Shown here: positions 55,551 through 64,000 of the stretch, piece by piece
Position numbering within the stretch: the stretch's first letter is position 1
How the letters are laid out: each line of letters starts with the position of its first letter
Notes under the pieces: model-generated
Database searches by the model: none
What the model was told of the DNA's origin: nothing
Seen by the model: the letters and a program-made list of their open reading frames with translations, nothing else
DNA from: a bacterium
GTDB taxonomy: Bacteria; UBA8248
Direction of reading: 5' to 3'
DNA: 64,000 bases
Assembly: GCA_965261085.1 (NCBI GenBank)
Contig: OZ253442.1
Span: forward strand, 224,001 to 288,000
Program-made: the position numbers and the translations under genes

Positions 55551-55806
55551 CAAAATGCAAGCTTTTTCTTCGGACAGTTCGGCGCAATGTGGTCAGGCGC
55601 AGTCGTGTATTCGGCCTCTAGATTGCGGCGTTTCCCTCTTGCCACGGGCCCGTATGGAGATGCGCGGATCGGGTCCGAATCGCTTACGCGAGCTTGAAAG
55701 CTCTCCATTCAGGTCCTGGTTTTCCCGATCCCGTCTCATTGACCGTATGCCCCTTACCTGTCCTCCGACCTGCTCACATTCCCGGCATTATCCGCTCGCC
55801 TGCCGC
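55551..55806 (-). ncRNA. Predicted bridge/seek RNA region of the IS1111-type element
   Basis: Non-coding end downstream of the recombinase. Stem GGATCGGG/CCCGATCC encloses target matches CTGAATG and GTAAGC; a second loop carries the donor-junction match ATACACGA. Confidence 0.75.
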
Positions 55807-56832
55807 TCAGGCGGCCGGCACCGGCTCCTTGTAGACCTCTTTTTTCGTCATCAGCGCCCAGGCGATGCGCGCCATCCTGTTGGCCAGCGCCACCGCGACC
55901 AGCATACGCGGCTTTCGCGCCAGCATCCGGGCCAGCCATGAGCCCGGCGGAGCGCCGCGCCGGACCGCCCAGCGCACCACCGTCATCGCGCCTATGATCA
56001 ACAACCGCCTGACGTCGCGCTGGCCCATCTTCGATATCCTGCCCAGCCGGGGCTTGCCACCGGTGGAGTGCTGCCGCGGGACGAGCCCGAGCCAGGCGGA
56101 GAAGTCGCGACCGCGCCGGAAGCTTTCCATCGGCGGCGCGAAGGCCTGGATCGCCATCGCCCCGATCGCCCCGATCCCCGGTATGCTCATCAGGCGCCTC
56201 GCCTCCTCGTCTTGGCGCGCACTCGCGAGAAGTTGCCTCTCCAACTCCCCGATCTTCGCATTGAGGCCGGCGATCTGATCGAGCAGAACCCCGCCCAGAT
56301 CGCGGACCGCCTCGGGCAGGCCCAAGCCCGGATCTGCAACGGCCGACGCCAGCCGCGCGACATGGGCGGGACCCTGGGGAGCAACGACGCCGAACTCCGC
56401 CAGATGGCCGCGCAGCGCGTTGATCGTCTGGGTGCGCTGTCGCACCAGCAAATCGCGCGTGCGGAACAGCATCCCTCGGGCCTGCTGCTCTTCAGTCTTC
56501 ACGGCCACGAAGTGCATGGTCGGGCGAGAGGCCGACTCGCAGATCGCCTCCGCATCAGCCTCGTCGTTCTTGTGGCGCTTGACGAAGGGTTTCACGTAGA
56601 TCGGCGGGATAAGCTTCACCTCATGGCCGAGCTTGCCGATCTCACGCCCCCAGTAGTGCGCGCTCGCACATGCCTCCATCGCCACCAGGCACCGCGGCTG
56701 CGAAGCCAGAAAGCCCAACACCTTCGCCCTGGTAAGCTTCTTCCGGAACGCGACCGATCCGTCCGGGCGCGTGCCGTGGAGTTGAAAGCTCTGTTTTGCC
56801 AGATCGATGCCGATGATGTGAACCTGTTCCAT
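55807..56832 (-). CDS. IS110-family DEDD recombinase/transposase (341 aa)
   Basis: GIDLAK, MEAC, KNDEADA (DEDD) and GLVP.QHSTGGK (catalytic Ser) motifs; start trimmed to ATG 56832. Confidence 0.95.
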   Translation of the reverse strand: MEQVHIIGIDLAKQSFQLHGTRPDGSVAFRKKLTRAKVLGFLASQPRCLVAMEACASAHYWGREIGKLGHEVKLIPPIYVKPFVKRHKNDEADAEAICESASRPTMHFVAVKTEEQQARGMLFRTRDLLVRQRTQTINALRGHLAEFGVVAPQGPAHVARLASAVADPGLGLPEAVRDLGGVLLDQIAGLNAKIGELERQLLASARQDEEARRLMSIPGIGAIGAMAIQAFAPPMESFRRGRDFSAWLGLVPRQHSTGGKPRLGRISKMGQRDVRRLLIIGAMTVVRWAVRRGAPPGSWLARMLARKPRMLVAVALANRMARIAWALMTKKEVYKEPVPAA

Positions 56833-57460
56833 GGATTCCCCTCCTGCAGGGCGGTAACGACACCACCTCACCACAGTGTGATGCCTTCGGGAGGGCGCGT
56901 CCATCCCATCGCTTACCAAATTTTCGGACACATATACACCAGGATGCGCAGAGGTTTTAATGAATCCGCTTTCGGTTTGATTACGGCCTGCGGCAGGAGA
57001 ATTCCAACAGGTATGGACAGGTCTAATATCTGACATAATATCAATAGGTTATATGGATTCTGCCGACGATGAAAAAGGCCCGAAACATCCAATGCACCTG
57101 ATTTATCGAAAAACCCCGTGAATTTATCGATATTTATCGTATTTTTCAGAAATTATTATTTGCATAAAATGGCGTTTCATCACTTCCGAACGAGCCCAGC
57201 CATCTTGTTCCACTTCGAACCGAAAAGCATCCCCGCTTCGTCGTCGCCTCACGCTTGGTAGTAACGATCATCCTCTTCACTCCACCTCGGAGTCACCCGG
57301 AATCAGAACCGGCGAAAGCGCCGCTTCGGGTGAGCGCGCCATTCCAGATTCCAGGATTTCACGCTCACGGCAAATGCGGTGTAGAACCCGACCAAGCAGG
57401 GCTGTTGAAAAAGTCCTGATTTCGTGCTTTGGCGAATGGTACCAACCGGGCAAGGGTTCC

Positions 57461-57543
57461 GTAGGGACAGGCCCCCGTGCCTGTCCGAGGTCGCTACGAG
57501 GCGGTGCGGCTTTGTTCGTCATTCCGGCGAAAGCCGGAATGAC
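57461..57543. repeat. REP-like palindromes
   Basis: GTAGGGACAGGCCCCCGTGCCTGTCC (GTAG-type hairpin) and GTCATTCCGGCGAAAGCCGGAATGAC. Confidence 0.55.
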
Positions 57544-57727
57544 GGCGGTGGTCAATTCCGAGCGAGGAGGGGTTTTTCCAACTACCACGGGGAGCGAGCG
57601 TTTGCCGACCGATGAAAGAGGGTCAGCGAAAATTGGGTCGTGGATTTAGGCTTAGAAAAAAAGGCTACGAGAAATTCAGGAATGCCGAGGTGCCTGCCCG
57701 TATGAAAGTGGCGGAGAGGGTCGACCT

Positions 57728-57820
57728 GTGACTGATCAGACAGGACTAAGCAGGTCAGCAGCAGAAGGCGTGGTCGATGCCGCGTTCAAGACGGTTGGCG
57801 AGGCCCTTGCAAACGATCAG
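57728..57820 (+). pseudogene. HU-like DNA-binding protein N-terminal fragment
   Basis: DQTGLSRSAAEGVVDAAFKTVGEALAND resembles HU helices 1-2; the G.FG.F beta arm is absent. Confidence 0.45.
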
Positions 57821-57913
57821 TCGCTTTTGGTCAAGCCGGGTTCGAAAGGTACAATAGTCAACCCCATGTGTGTGGGATGGGGTGCGTCCACGCCTTACAA
57901 AGAGATTGCCAGA

Positions 57914-59412
57914 ATGGAAATCGAACAAAAACACGCAGTCAAATTGGAAATACCCAAAATAGAAAAATCAAATTTATCGCGTGCCGTCGATTACTACCGG
58001 AAAATATCTTACCATCGAGGGTTGGTTCTCGAGGGAATAAGGCTCTGTGCGATGAGGAATCGCGGATTTTGGCACGGAATATACGAAGAGCTATTACAGG
58101 AGAAACGGAGACCGGTTAAACGAGAAGTGGTCGAGGAGCGCATACGCAATATCCAGAAAGAAAGAGGTGAGGCGGCGTATCAGCAGGTTTTACGGGAGTA
58201 CAACAACCAACGGATCGAAGCAGGTCTAGATCCGGCAAAGGATGGAGGTCCCTTCTGGGTTGCACATGAGGTGAAGTCATCCATGGAGCAGAGATTGGTA
58301 GTGCCAATAACGTTTTTCAGCTGGGAAATATACATGTGTCTATTGTACGTAGAAATTGAAGCGTACAGATCGCATACGCAAGGATTCCAGAGTTAGGAAA
58401 TAAGGGGATAGACAAGTTTTTCAGGAAGAATCGGCGTATTTTAGGTGCATTGAAAGAATACAGGGATAAAGTGCTTCACCCGCAGGCAAAGGTAAGTGAG
58501 GAACAAGTAGCCGACCGGTTCTTCGATTTGTTGGAGAACACCAGCAACAACGAAATAGATTTGGTTTTTACAATACAACGGATGATTGATTGTCACATCC
58601 AAGGCGTGGGGTTGGGAATCATCCAGAGTATGGACGCAGAACTGGTTGAACTCTTAGATATACTCAAGTCGGGACAAAGACTTCCCATGAAAGGACATGA
58701 TAAGTTCGAGGTATGGATGGACCAAATTGGGTATATTACACCAAACACAAATCTGATGACGCCGGAACAGTTCGGGGGCACCACGAGGGAGGGTCAGGCG
58801 CCAAATCTCTCAATGACAAATGTGGTAGGGCTAGTTTCAAGAATGATGGAACACCGAACCAAGCGAGATGGGCCTACTGGGCAGGGACTAGAACTACCTG
58901 GAGACACCGGTTACGGACGGATGCTAATGAGGGCTTTCATTCTCATGTCCGAAGGAATGGGGCTCGTGGACACGGCGAAGTTACTAGGGTCGGAAGATCC
59001 AAGAACTTTACCGTTGTCAGAGATATGGAAGACCGTGAAAGAGGGGGCCGAACCAGAAACTCGACAGGAAGTGCAAAACCTGATGGCATTGGAACGCGTA
59101 GCGATCGCAATGATTCATGAACCGATACGGACCTACCACAAGATGGTGAAAAGGCACAGGGTTCGAGTGCCAGAGTGGATGGCACAGTCCATTCCGACGG
59201 AGAAAACATATCAGAAGCTGCGCGACTTCAGGAACGTAGTTTTTCACGTAAAGGTCGAGAAACACAGTCCGGACAAGCTTGAATGGGGATGGATACAACA
59301 CACGGCAAAGCACCCAACAATCGACATAATTCACGCCTTGCTCACGTTTTACGGATTTGGGAATGGGTTTGAGGAACTACGTGCGCGGGCGCGAGATAAC
59401 CGCGGGGTGTAA
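57914..59412 (+). CDS. Putative tandem-HEPN protein split by a frameshift near 58375-58385
   Basis: The downstream frame stays open back through RIPELGNKGIDKFFRKNRRILGA; two Rx4H motifs, RDKVLH and RNVVFH. Start uncertain. Confidence 0.55.
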
Positions 59413-59993
59413 GCGGTTTGCGGGGTCGAACCGGAATGCGCGGAGGTCGACGTATAGGCGGTTCGCGACCGCGGCGACCCGCTGGACGATCTGGCTTATT
59501 TCCGAGGCTGGGAGAAGGGGATGGAAGCGGTGGCAGAGTTGTGGCGTGTGCGGCCATGATCACCGACCAAGAGAAAAAATCGTCCGGGCAGCGAAAAAAG
59601 AGGGCGGCGGCGTCATCATCAACCCCCTGTTCAGTGACATGACCTCCAATGTGATGTGAGTCGCCTTCGTCAAGCGCTACGGCCTGGGCAGCGGCTTTAA
59701 GCTCCGCATCGTCAGAAAGGGAACTGGCTAGACCGTCGCGAATGCCGCTGCGCCGGCAGCACGTATTGCTGCGGGATTTTAAGCCGCGCGAATATGCAAT
59801 GGCGAGCCCGCGCGGGATATGGACAGGCGGTACGTCTGTAATGTTCGGACTTGAGACGCGACTTCCGTGCCGAAGCCGAGGAAGGTGGCCCGCATCTAAG
59901 GACAAACGCTTCAAACCCGCAAAGGAACTCTTCCCTCCTCGGTCAGTAAGAGCGAGAGGCCGGCGTAACTGCTTTATATGTCGTGTGTGGTTT

Positions 59994-61496
59994 CTAAATG
60001 AACCCGGCGACGGTGCCCTTCGCCGCGTCGAGGAAGCTGCCCGGGAAGATGCCCAGCAGCAGGGTCGCCACCACCAGCACCACCAGCGCGAAAAACAGAG
60101 AAGGCGCGCTCGAAAGACTCATCACCTCCTGGCTCTCTCCCCTGTTCTCCATAAACATCACCATCATGATGCGGCCGTAGTAGTACATCGAAACCGCGCT
60201 CATGAGAAGCCCGATCGCGGCGAGCCAGTAATACTCGTTTTGCACCGCCGCGGCGAACAGGTAGAGCTTGCCGACGAAGCCGGCCGTCGGCGGAATGCCG
60301 CCGAGAGATAGCAGGAACACCACGAAGGCCATCCCCGCCCAGGGGTGCGCCTGCCCGATTCCCCTCCAGTCCTCGATGTTGTCACCCCGGTAGCCCTCCC
60401 GGCACACGAGAACCAACATGCCGAAGGCTCCCAGGTTCGTGAACAGATAAGCAAGCAGATAAAACACCACCGCGCTGATGCCGATGGAAGTAAACGTCAC
60501 CTTGCCGTCCACAATGCTCATGGTGGCCACCACGCCCATCAGCACGTAGCCCGCGTGTCCGATGCTCGAGTACGCCAGCATCCTCTTGAGGCTCGTCTGG
60601 GCGATGGCCGCCACGTTCCCCCACACCATCGTGAACGCCGTGAGCGCCCACAGCAAGGTGTTCCACCTATCGGCCATGGCAGGGAGCGCCACGAAGAATA
60701 TCCGCATCAAGGCGGCCACGGTCGCGAATTTGACGGCCACGGACATGAAGCCCGTAATCGGGGTCGGAGCGCCCGTATAGGCGTCGGGCAGCCACATGTG
60801 AAAAGGCGCCATCGCCAGCTTGAATCCAAAACCCGCGACCAGGAGAATCAGGCCGAAAATCATCAACGGGTTCTGCGCGATGGCCGCGCCCCCGGAACCT
60901 GCGAACGCCGCCGCTATTCCGGGAATCGAGGTCGTTCCGGTGAATCCGTACGTCAGGGCCATGCCGTAGAGGAGAACGCCGGAGGCGAAAGCGCCCATGA
61001 GGAAATACTTGAGGCCCGCCTCCCGGCTCAAGGGGTCGTGCCGCATGAACGCCACGAGCACGTAGATGCTGATGCTCATGGTCTCGAGACCCAGATAGAC
61101 CGTTATCAAATCGTTGCCCGATGCCATCACGAGCATCCCGAACACCGAGAAGAGCAGCATGGCGTACAATTCGCCGAAGTTGATCTTCTCCACCTTGGCG
61201 TATTGAAGCAGCATCAGAATGGAAATGGCCGTGCAGAGAAGCACGCACACCTTGACGAACACGCTCAAATTGTCGACCACGTAAAAGCCGCTGAACGTCG
61301 TTCTCGAACCCTCGCCCCATTGCCCGAAGGCGACGAGCCCCAAAATCACGACCCCCACGAACGCCACGACGCCCACGCGCGATTTGTTCTCGATCGACAC
61401 GAACAGGTCGAGGATGAGAACCGCACAGACGAGTACGGCCAGTCCTATCTCGGGAGCCGCCAGGGATAAGGCGATATCGGGAATCACCACTTGCAT
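59994..61496 (-). CDS. nuoN: NADH-quinone oxidoreductase subunit N
   Basis: EAGLKYFLMGAFAS, FKL..APFHMWLPDAYTGAPTP, KRMLAYSSIGHAGY and GGIPPTAGF.GK motifs. Confidence 0.96.
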   Translation of the reverse strand: MQVVIPDIALSLAAPEIGLAVLVCAVLILDLFVSIENKSRVGVVAFVGVVILGLVAFGQWGEGSRTTFSGFYVVDNLSVFVKVCVLLCTAISILMLLQYAKVEKINFGELYAMLLFSVFGMLVMASGNDLITVYLGLETMSISIYVLVAFMRHDPLSREAGLKYFLMGAFASGVLLYGMALTYGFTGTTSIPGIAAAFAGSGGAAIAQNPLMIFGLILLVAGFGFKLAMAPFHMWLPDAYTGAPTPITGFMSVAVKFATVAALMRIFFVALPAMADRWNTLLWALTAFTMVWGNVAAIAQTSLKRMLAYSSIGHAGYVLMGVVATMSIVDGKVTFTSIGISAVVFYLLAYLFTNLGAFGMLVLVCREGYRGDNIEDWRGIGQAHPWAGMAFVVFLLSLGGIPPTAGFVGKLYLFAAAVQNEYYWLAAIGLLMSAVSMYYYGRIMMVMFMENRGESQEVMSLSSAPSLFFALVVLVVATLLLGIFPGSFLDAAKGTVAGFI

Positions 61497-61530
61497 CAGA
61501 AAGACTCCATCAAATCAAGCGAAATCTCGT

Positions 61531-63081
61531 TTATTTTCTCTTGAGCTTCGTCATTTTACCGACCACGGCTTTTTGCGGAACTGCCGCCACGTTCACCATC
61601 TTCACGACTTTCTTCACGCTCGCCTCCATCCTTCCGAGGAACGGCTTGGGATACAGGCCAATCCAGAACATCAGGACGATCAGCGGCAGAAGGTAGAGAA
61701 CTTCGCGCGCGTTGCAGTCGGTGAGTTTCTCGTTCTTGGGATTATCCAGATTTCCGAAGAAAACCCGCTGGAACAGCCAGAGCATGTACGCTGCTCCCAG
61801 GACGATGCCCACCACGGCGAACGCGGCGTATACATAGCTCTTCTTGAACGCGCCGATGAGAATAAGAAACTCGCCCACGAACCCGTTCAGCCCCGGTAGC
61901 CCGATGCTGCTCAGCATCGTGATGGCGAAGAACACCGTGTAGACAGGCACGACTTTCGAGAGGCCGCCATATTCCGAGATGAGACGCGTATGGCGCCTTT
62001 CGTAAACGATGCCCACCAGAAGGAACAAGGCGCCCGTGCTGATTCCGTGGTTGATCATCTGAAGCTGCCCGCCGAGCACGCCCTGCTCGTTCAGAGCGAA
62101 CACGCCGAGCATCACGAAGCCCAGGTGACTCACGGAAGAATAGGCCACCAGTTTCTTCATGTCAGTCTGCGCCATGGCCACCAGCGCCCCGTAGATGATG
62201 CCGATAATGGAGAGAAGCATCATGAAGGGCACGAAAACATGACTCGCCTGGGGCAGCAGGGGCAGGGCGAAGCGCACGAATCCGTAGGTTCCCATTTTCA
62301 ACAGGATACCCGCCAGAATCACGCTGCCCGCCGTGGGGGCTTCCACGTGCGCGTCCGGCAGCCAGGTGTGAAAGGGGAACATGGGAACCTTGATGGCGAA
62401 GCCGATGAAGAACGCCAGGAATATCCATATCTGGAGCGAAAGCGGTATCTTCGGCCCCACGGCGTACAACTCGACCAGATTGAACGTGAGGGTTCCGGTT
62501 CCCATTTTGAAGTTGGCGAAGTAGAACGCCAGAATCCCCAACAGCATCAACACGCTGCCGAACAGCGTATAGAGGAAAAACTTGATCGCCGCGTAGAGTT
62601 TCCTCGGCCCGCCCCACACGCCGATGAGGAAATACATCGGCACCAGGGTGATTTCGAAGAACACGTAGAAGAGGAAAATATCGAGCGCGACGAAGGTGCC
62701 CAGCATACCGGTCGCCAGCAAAAGGAGACAGACGTAGTATTCTTTTTCACGCTCCTCGATGGAGGTGAACGAGCACAAGACCCCCACGATCATCGTCAGC
62801 GTCGTGAGCAGTACGAGCAGTACGCTGATTCCGTCGATGCCGACGAAATAGCTCACGCCGATGGTGGGTATCCAACTCACCTTCTCCACGAACTGAAATC
62901 CGGCTTCGGCTTTATCGAAACGGAACCACAGGGGAAGTGAAATCAGGAAGTCCAAGACCGCCACCGCCGTGGCGAAACCCTTGATGGCTTTCGTCTGCTC
63001 TTTTTTCATGAAGAGCATGATAATCACCGCACCCGCCGCGGGCAGGAAGGTGATCAGCGTAAGAAGCGGCATGTTACTCAT
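61531..63081 (-). CDS. nuoM: NADH-quinone oxidoreductase subunit M
   Basis: GIDGIS, AAIKFFLYT, KVPMFPFHTWLPDAHVEAPT and GLPGLNGFVGEF motifs. Confidence 0.97.
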   Translation of the reverse strand: MSNMPLLTLITFLPAAGAVIIMLFMKKEQTKAIKGFATAVAVLDFLISLPLWFRFDKAEAGFQFVEKVSWIPTIGVSYFVGIDGISVLLVLLTTLTMIVGVLCSFTSIEEREKEYYVCLLLLATGMLGTFVALDIFLFYVFFEITLVPMYFLIGVWGGPRKLYAAIKFFLYTLFGSVLMLLGILAFYFANFKMGTGTLTFNLVELYAVGPKIPLSLQIWIFLAFFIGFAIKVPMFPFHTWLPDAHVEAPTAGSVILAGILLKMGTYGFVRFALPLLPQASHVFVPFMMLLSIIGIIYGALVAMAQTDMKKLVAYSSVSHLGFVMLGVFALNEQGVLGGQLQMINHGISTGALFLLVGIVYERRHTRLISEYGGLSKVVPVYTVFFAITMLSSIGLPGLNGFVGEFLILIGAFKKSYVYAAFAVVGIVLGAAYMLWLFQRVFFGNLDNPKNEKLTDCNAREVLYLLPLIVLMFWIGLYPKPFLGRMEASVKKVVKMVNVAAVPQKAVVGKMTKLKRK

Positions 63082-63104
63082 AGTTCCTCCAAAACCTCAT
63101 CGCA

Positions 63105-64000
63105 TCAGCGGAAAAGGTACGCGCTCAGCATCACGAAGATGCCCAACAGCATCACGAAAAGATAATTCTGAACCATTCCGGACTGCATATATTTGAATAC
63201 CTGGGAGATAAAGCGGATGAAGCTCGCCGTGCCGTTCACCGCGCCGTCAACCGTCCGTAGGTCGAAAATCCCGGAAAGACGGCTCGTCACGACGGTGATG
63301 AGCGAACTGCCGTTCACCGCGCCGTCCACCACCTTCGCATCGAAGGTCCACAAGCCGCGCATGAGCTTGTAAGTCGGCTCGACGATGCAGGCCTGATAAA
63401 TCTCGTCGATATAGTATTTGCCCAGGAGCAGATAATATATGCCCGGCATGCGTCTGTATAAGCGCCTCGGCGCTTCGGTGTCCTTCACGTACATAAGCCA
63501 CGCGAGGGCGATGCCGCCCAGGGAGATGGCGATGGCCAGGATGATCAGGTACACCGCCGCGGGCCCACTGTGGCCGCCGCCATCGGTCGCGGCGTTCATC
63601 AGGCGCACCCCCTGGTCCATGGCGTGGCCGCCGGCCGGCATCTTCGCCAGCGAGGGCGCCAAGAAGCGGTGTATCCAGCCGCCCTCGGGCGGGAAACCGG
63701 GAATGACGCCGCCAATCACGCTCAGGACCGCCAGGATGACGAGCGGAACCGTCATCGTGGGGGGAGATTCGTGAATGTGCTCGCGGGCGTGATGATCGAC
63801 GCGCATCTCGCCGTGGAACGTCATGAAGATGAGCCGGAACATGTAGAAGGCCGTCATGAAGGCCGCAACGCAGCCCATGACCCAGACCGTGTAGTGCCCC
63901 GTGAAGAAAGCGTTCGCCAGAATCTCGTCCTTGCTCCAGAAACCCGCCAGCGGCGGCACGCCCGCGATGGCGATGGCGCCTATCAGGAACGTCCAGTACG
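63105..64000 (-). CDS. nuoL: NADH-quinone oxidoreductase subunit L (3' part)
   Basis: GVPPLAGFWSKDEIL, TAFYMFRL....FHG, HESP, KYY.DE.Y and QSG.VQNY motifs. Confidence 0.95.
   Translation of the reverse strand, partial: YWTFLIGAIAIAGVPPLAGFWSKDEILANAFFTGHYTVWVMGCVAAFMTAFYMFRLIFMTFHGEMRVDHHAREHIHESPPTMTVPLVILAVLSVIGGVIPGFPPEGGWIHRFLAPSLAKMPAGGHAMDQGVRLMNAATDGGGHSGPAAVYLIILAIAISLGGIALAWLMYVKDTEAPRRLYRRMPGIYYLLLGKYYIDEIYQACIVEPTYKLMRGLWTFDAKVVDGAVNGSSLITVVTSRLSGIFDLRTVDGAVNGTASFIRFISQVFKYMQSGMVQNYLFVMLLGIFVMLSAYLFR

Larger units (their letters stand above)
55536..56911 (-). mobile_element. IS1111-type (IS110 family) element, 1376 bp
   Basis: 12-bp sub-terminal inverted repeats ATGGACGCGCCC at 55539-55550 and 56893-56904, set 3 and 7 nt from the ends; no TSD; removing it restores the IS66 TIR. 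Confidence 0.92.
52201..56916 (+). mobile_element. IS66-family element (TnpC + DUF4338) with its right TIR split by an IS1111-type insertion
   Basis: Left TIR GTAAGCATTCGGTCGAGGGGTGATGG at 52201-52226; right TIR = 55515-55535 + 56912-56916; 8-bp TSD CAAATTTT at 52193-52200 and 56917-56924. Confidence 0.92.

Noticed and set aside
55671-55687. CCGAATCGCTTAC as the true IS66 right end
   Set aside because: It is not followed by the TSD. It lies inside the IS1111 non-coding end and is better explained as the guide loop.
28586-56924. Similar TSDs CAAATTTA and CAAATTTT as evidence of one composite element
   Set aside because: Each pair flanks its own distinct TIRs, so the similarity likely reflects AT-rich target preference.
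56833-57036. N-terminal extension of the IS110 ORF (409 aa in the track)
   Set aside because: It crosses the element end at 56911; ATG 56832 matches the start of the paralog.
57709-57721. Complete tRNA gene
   Set aside because: Only a 13-bp 3'-end-like match; no T-loop GTTCGA or cloverleaf.
1-64000. CRISPR array or cas genes
   Set aside because: No regularly spaced repeat-spacer series and no Cas motifs were seen. The tandem-HEPN ORF is small for Cas13 and has no array.

Overview
This is a mosaic accessory region ending in core genes. (1) 1-28.4 kb is a high-GC F-type conjugative element (ICE or integrated plasmid). The minus strand carries a regulator, then traA-L-E-K-B-V-C, two extra ORFs, trbI, an S26 peptidase, traW-U-trbC-traN-F-H-G (traG frameshifted), and traD running off the left edge, with a convergent entry-exclusion candidate. 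The plus strand carries a leading-region-like block (ParB::Strawberry-notch fusion, toprim protein, ssb, DUF4326, DUF2493) pointing at a candidate oriT and a ribbon-helix-helix (RHH) gene. No relaxase or integrase is visible in the window. (2) 28594-33687 is a 5.1-kb IS1595-family transposon with perfect 26-bp terminal inverted repeats (TIRs) and an 8-bp target-site duplication (TSD). It carries a TbpB-like lipoprotein, small ORFs and three closed-stem non-coding elements. (3) 34-43.5 kb is a lower-GC, defence-like block (HEPN-motif proteins, a pentapeptide protein, a 1512-aa nuclease-STAND-helical-repeat protein). (4) 44-49.4 kb holds an orphan aapJ-like gene and an autotransporter with 35 consecutive prolines. 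(5) 49.4-56.9 kb is an IS nest: an IS256-like remnant, IS1182, a truncated IS110, and an IS66+DUF4338 element. The IS66 right TIR is split exactly by an intact IS1111-type (IS110 family) element, whose non-coding end contains segments matching both halves of that TIR and its own circle junction. This looks like a bridge/seek RNA programmed against IS66 ends and is the best-supported novel observation. (6) A frameshifted tandem-HEPN-like gene is followed by nuoN-nuoM-nuoL. All family calls are by manual motif recognition; no searches were run.
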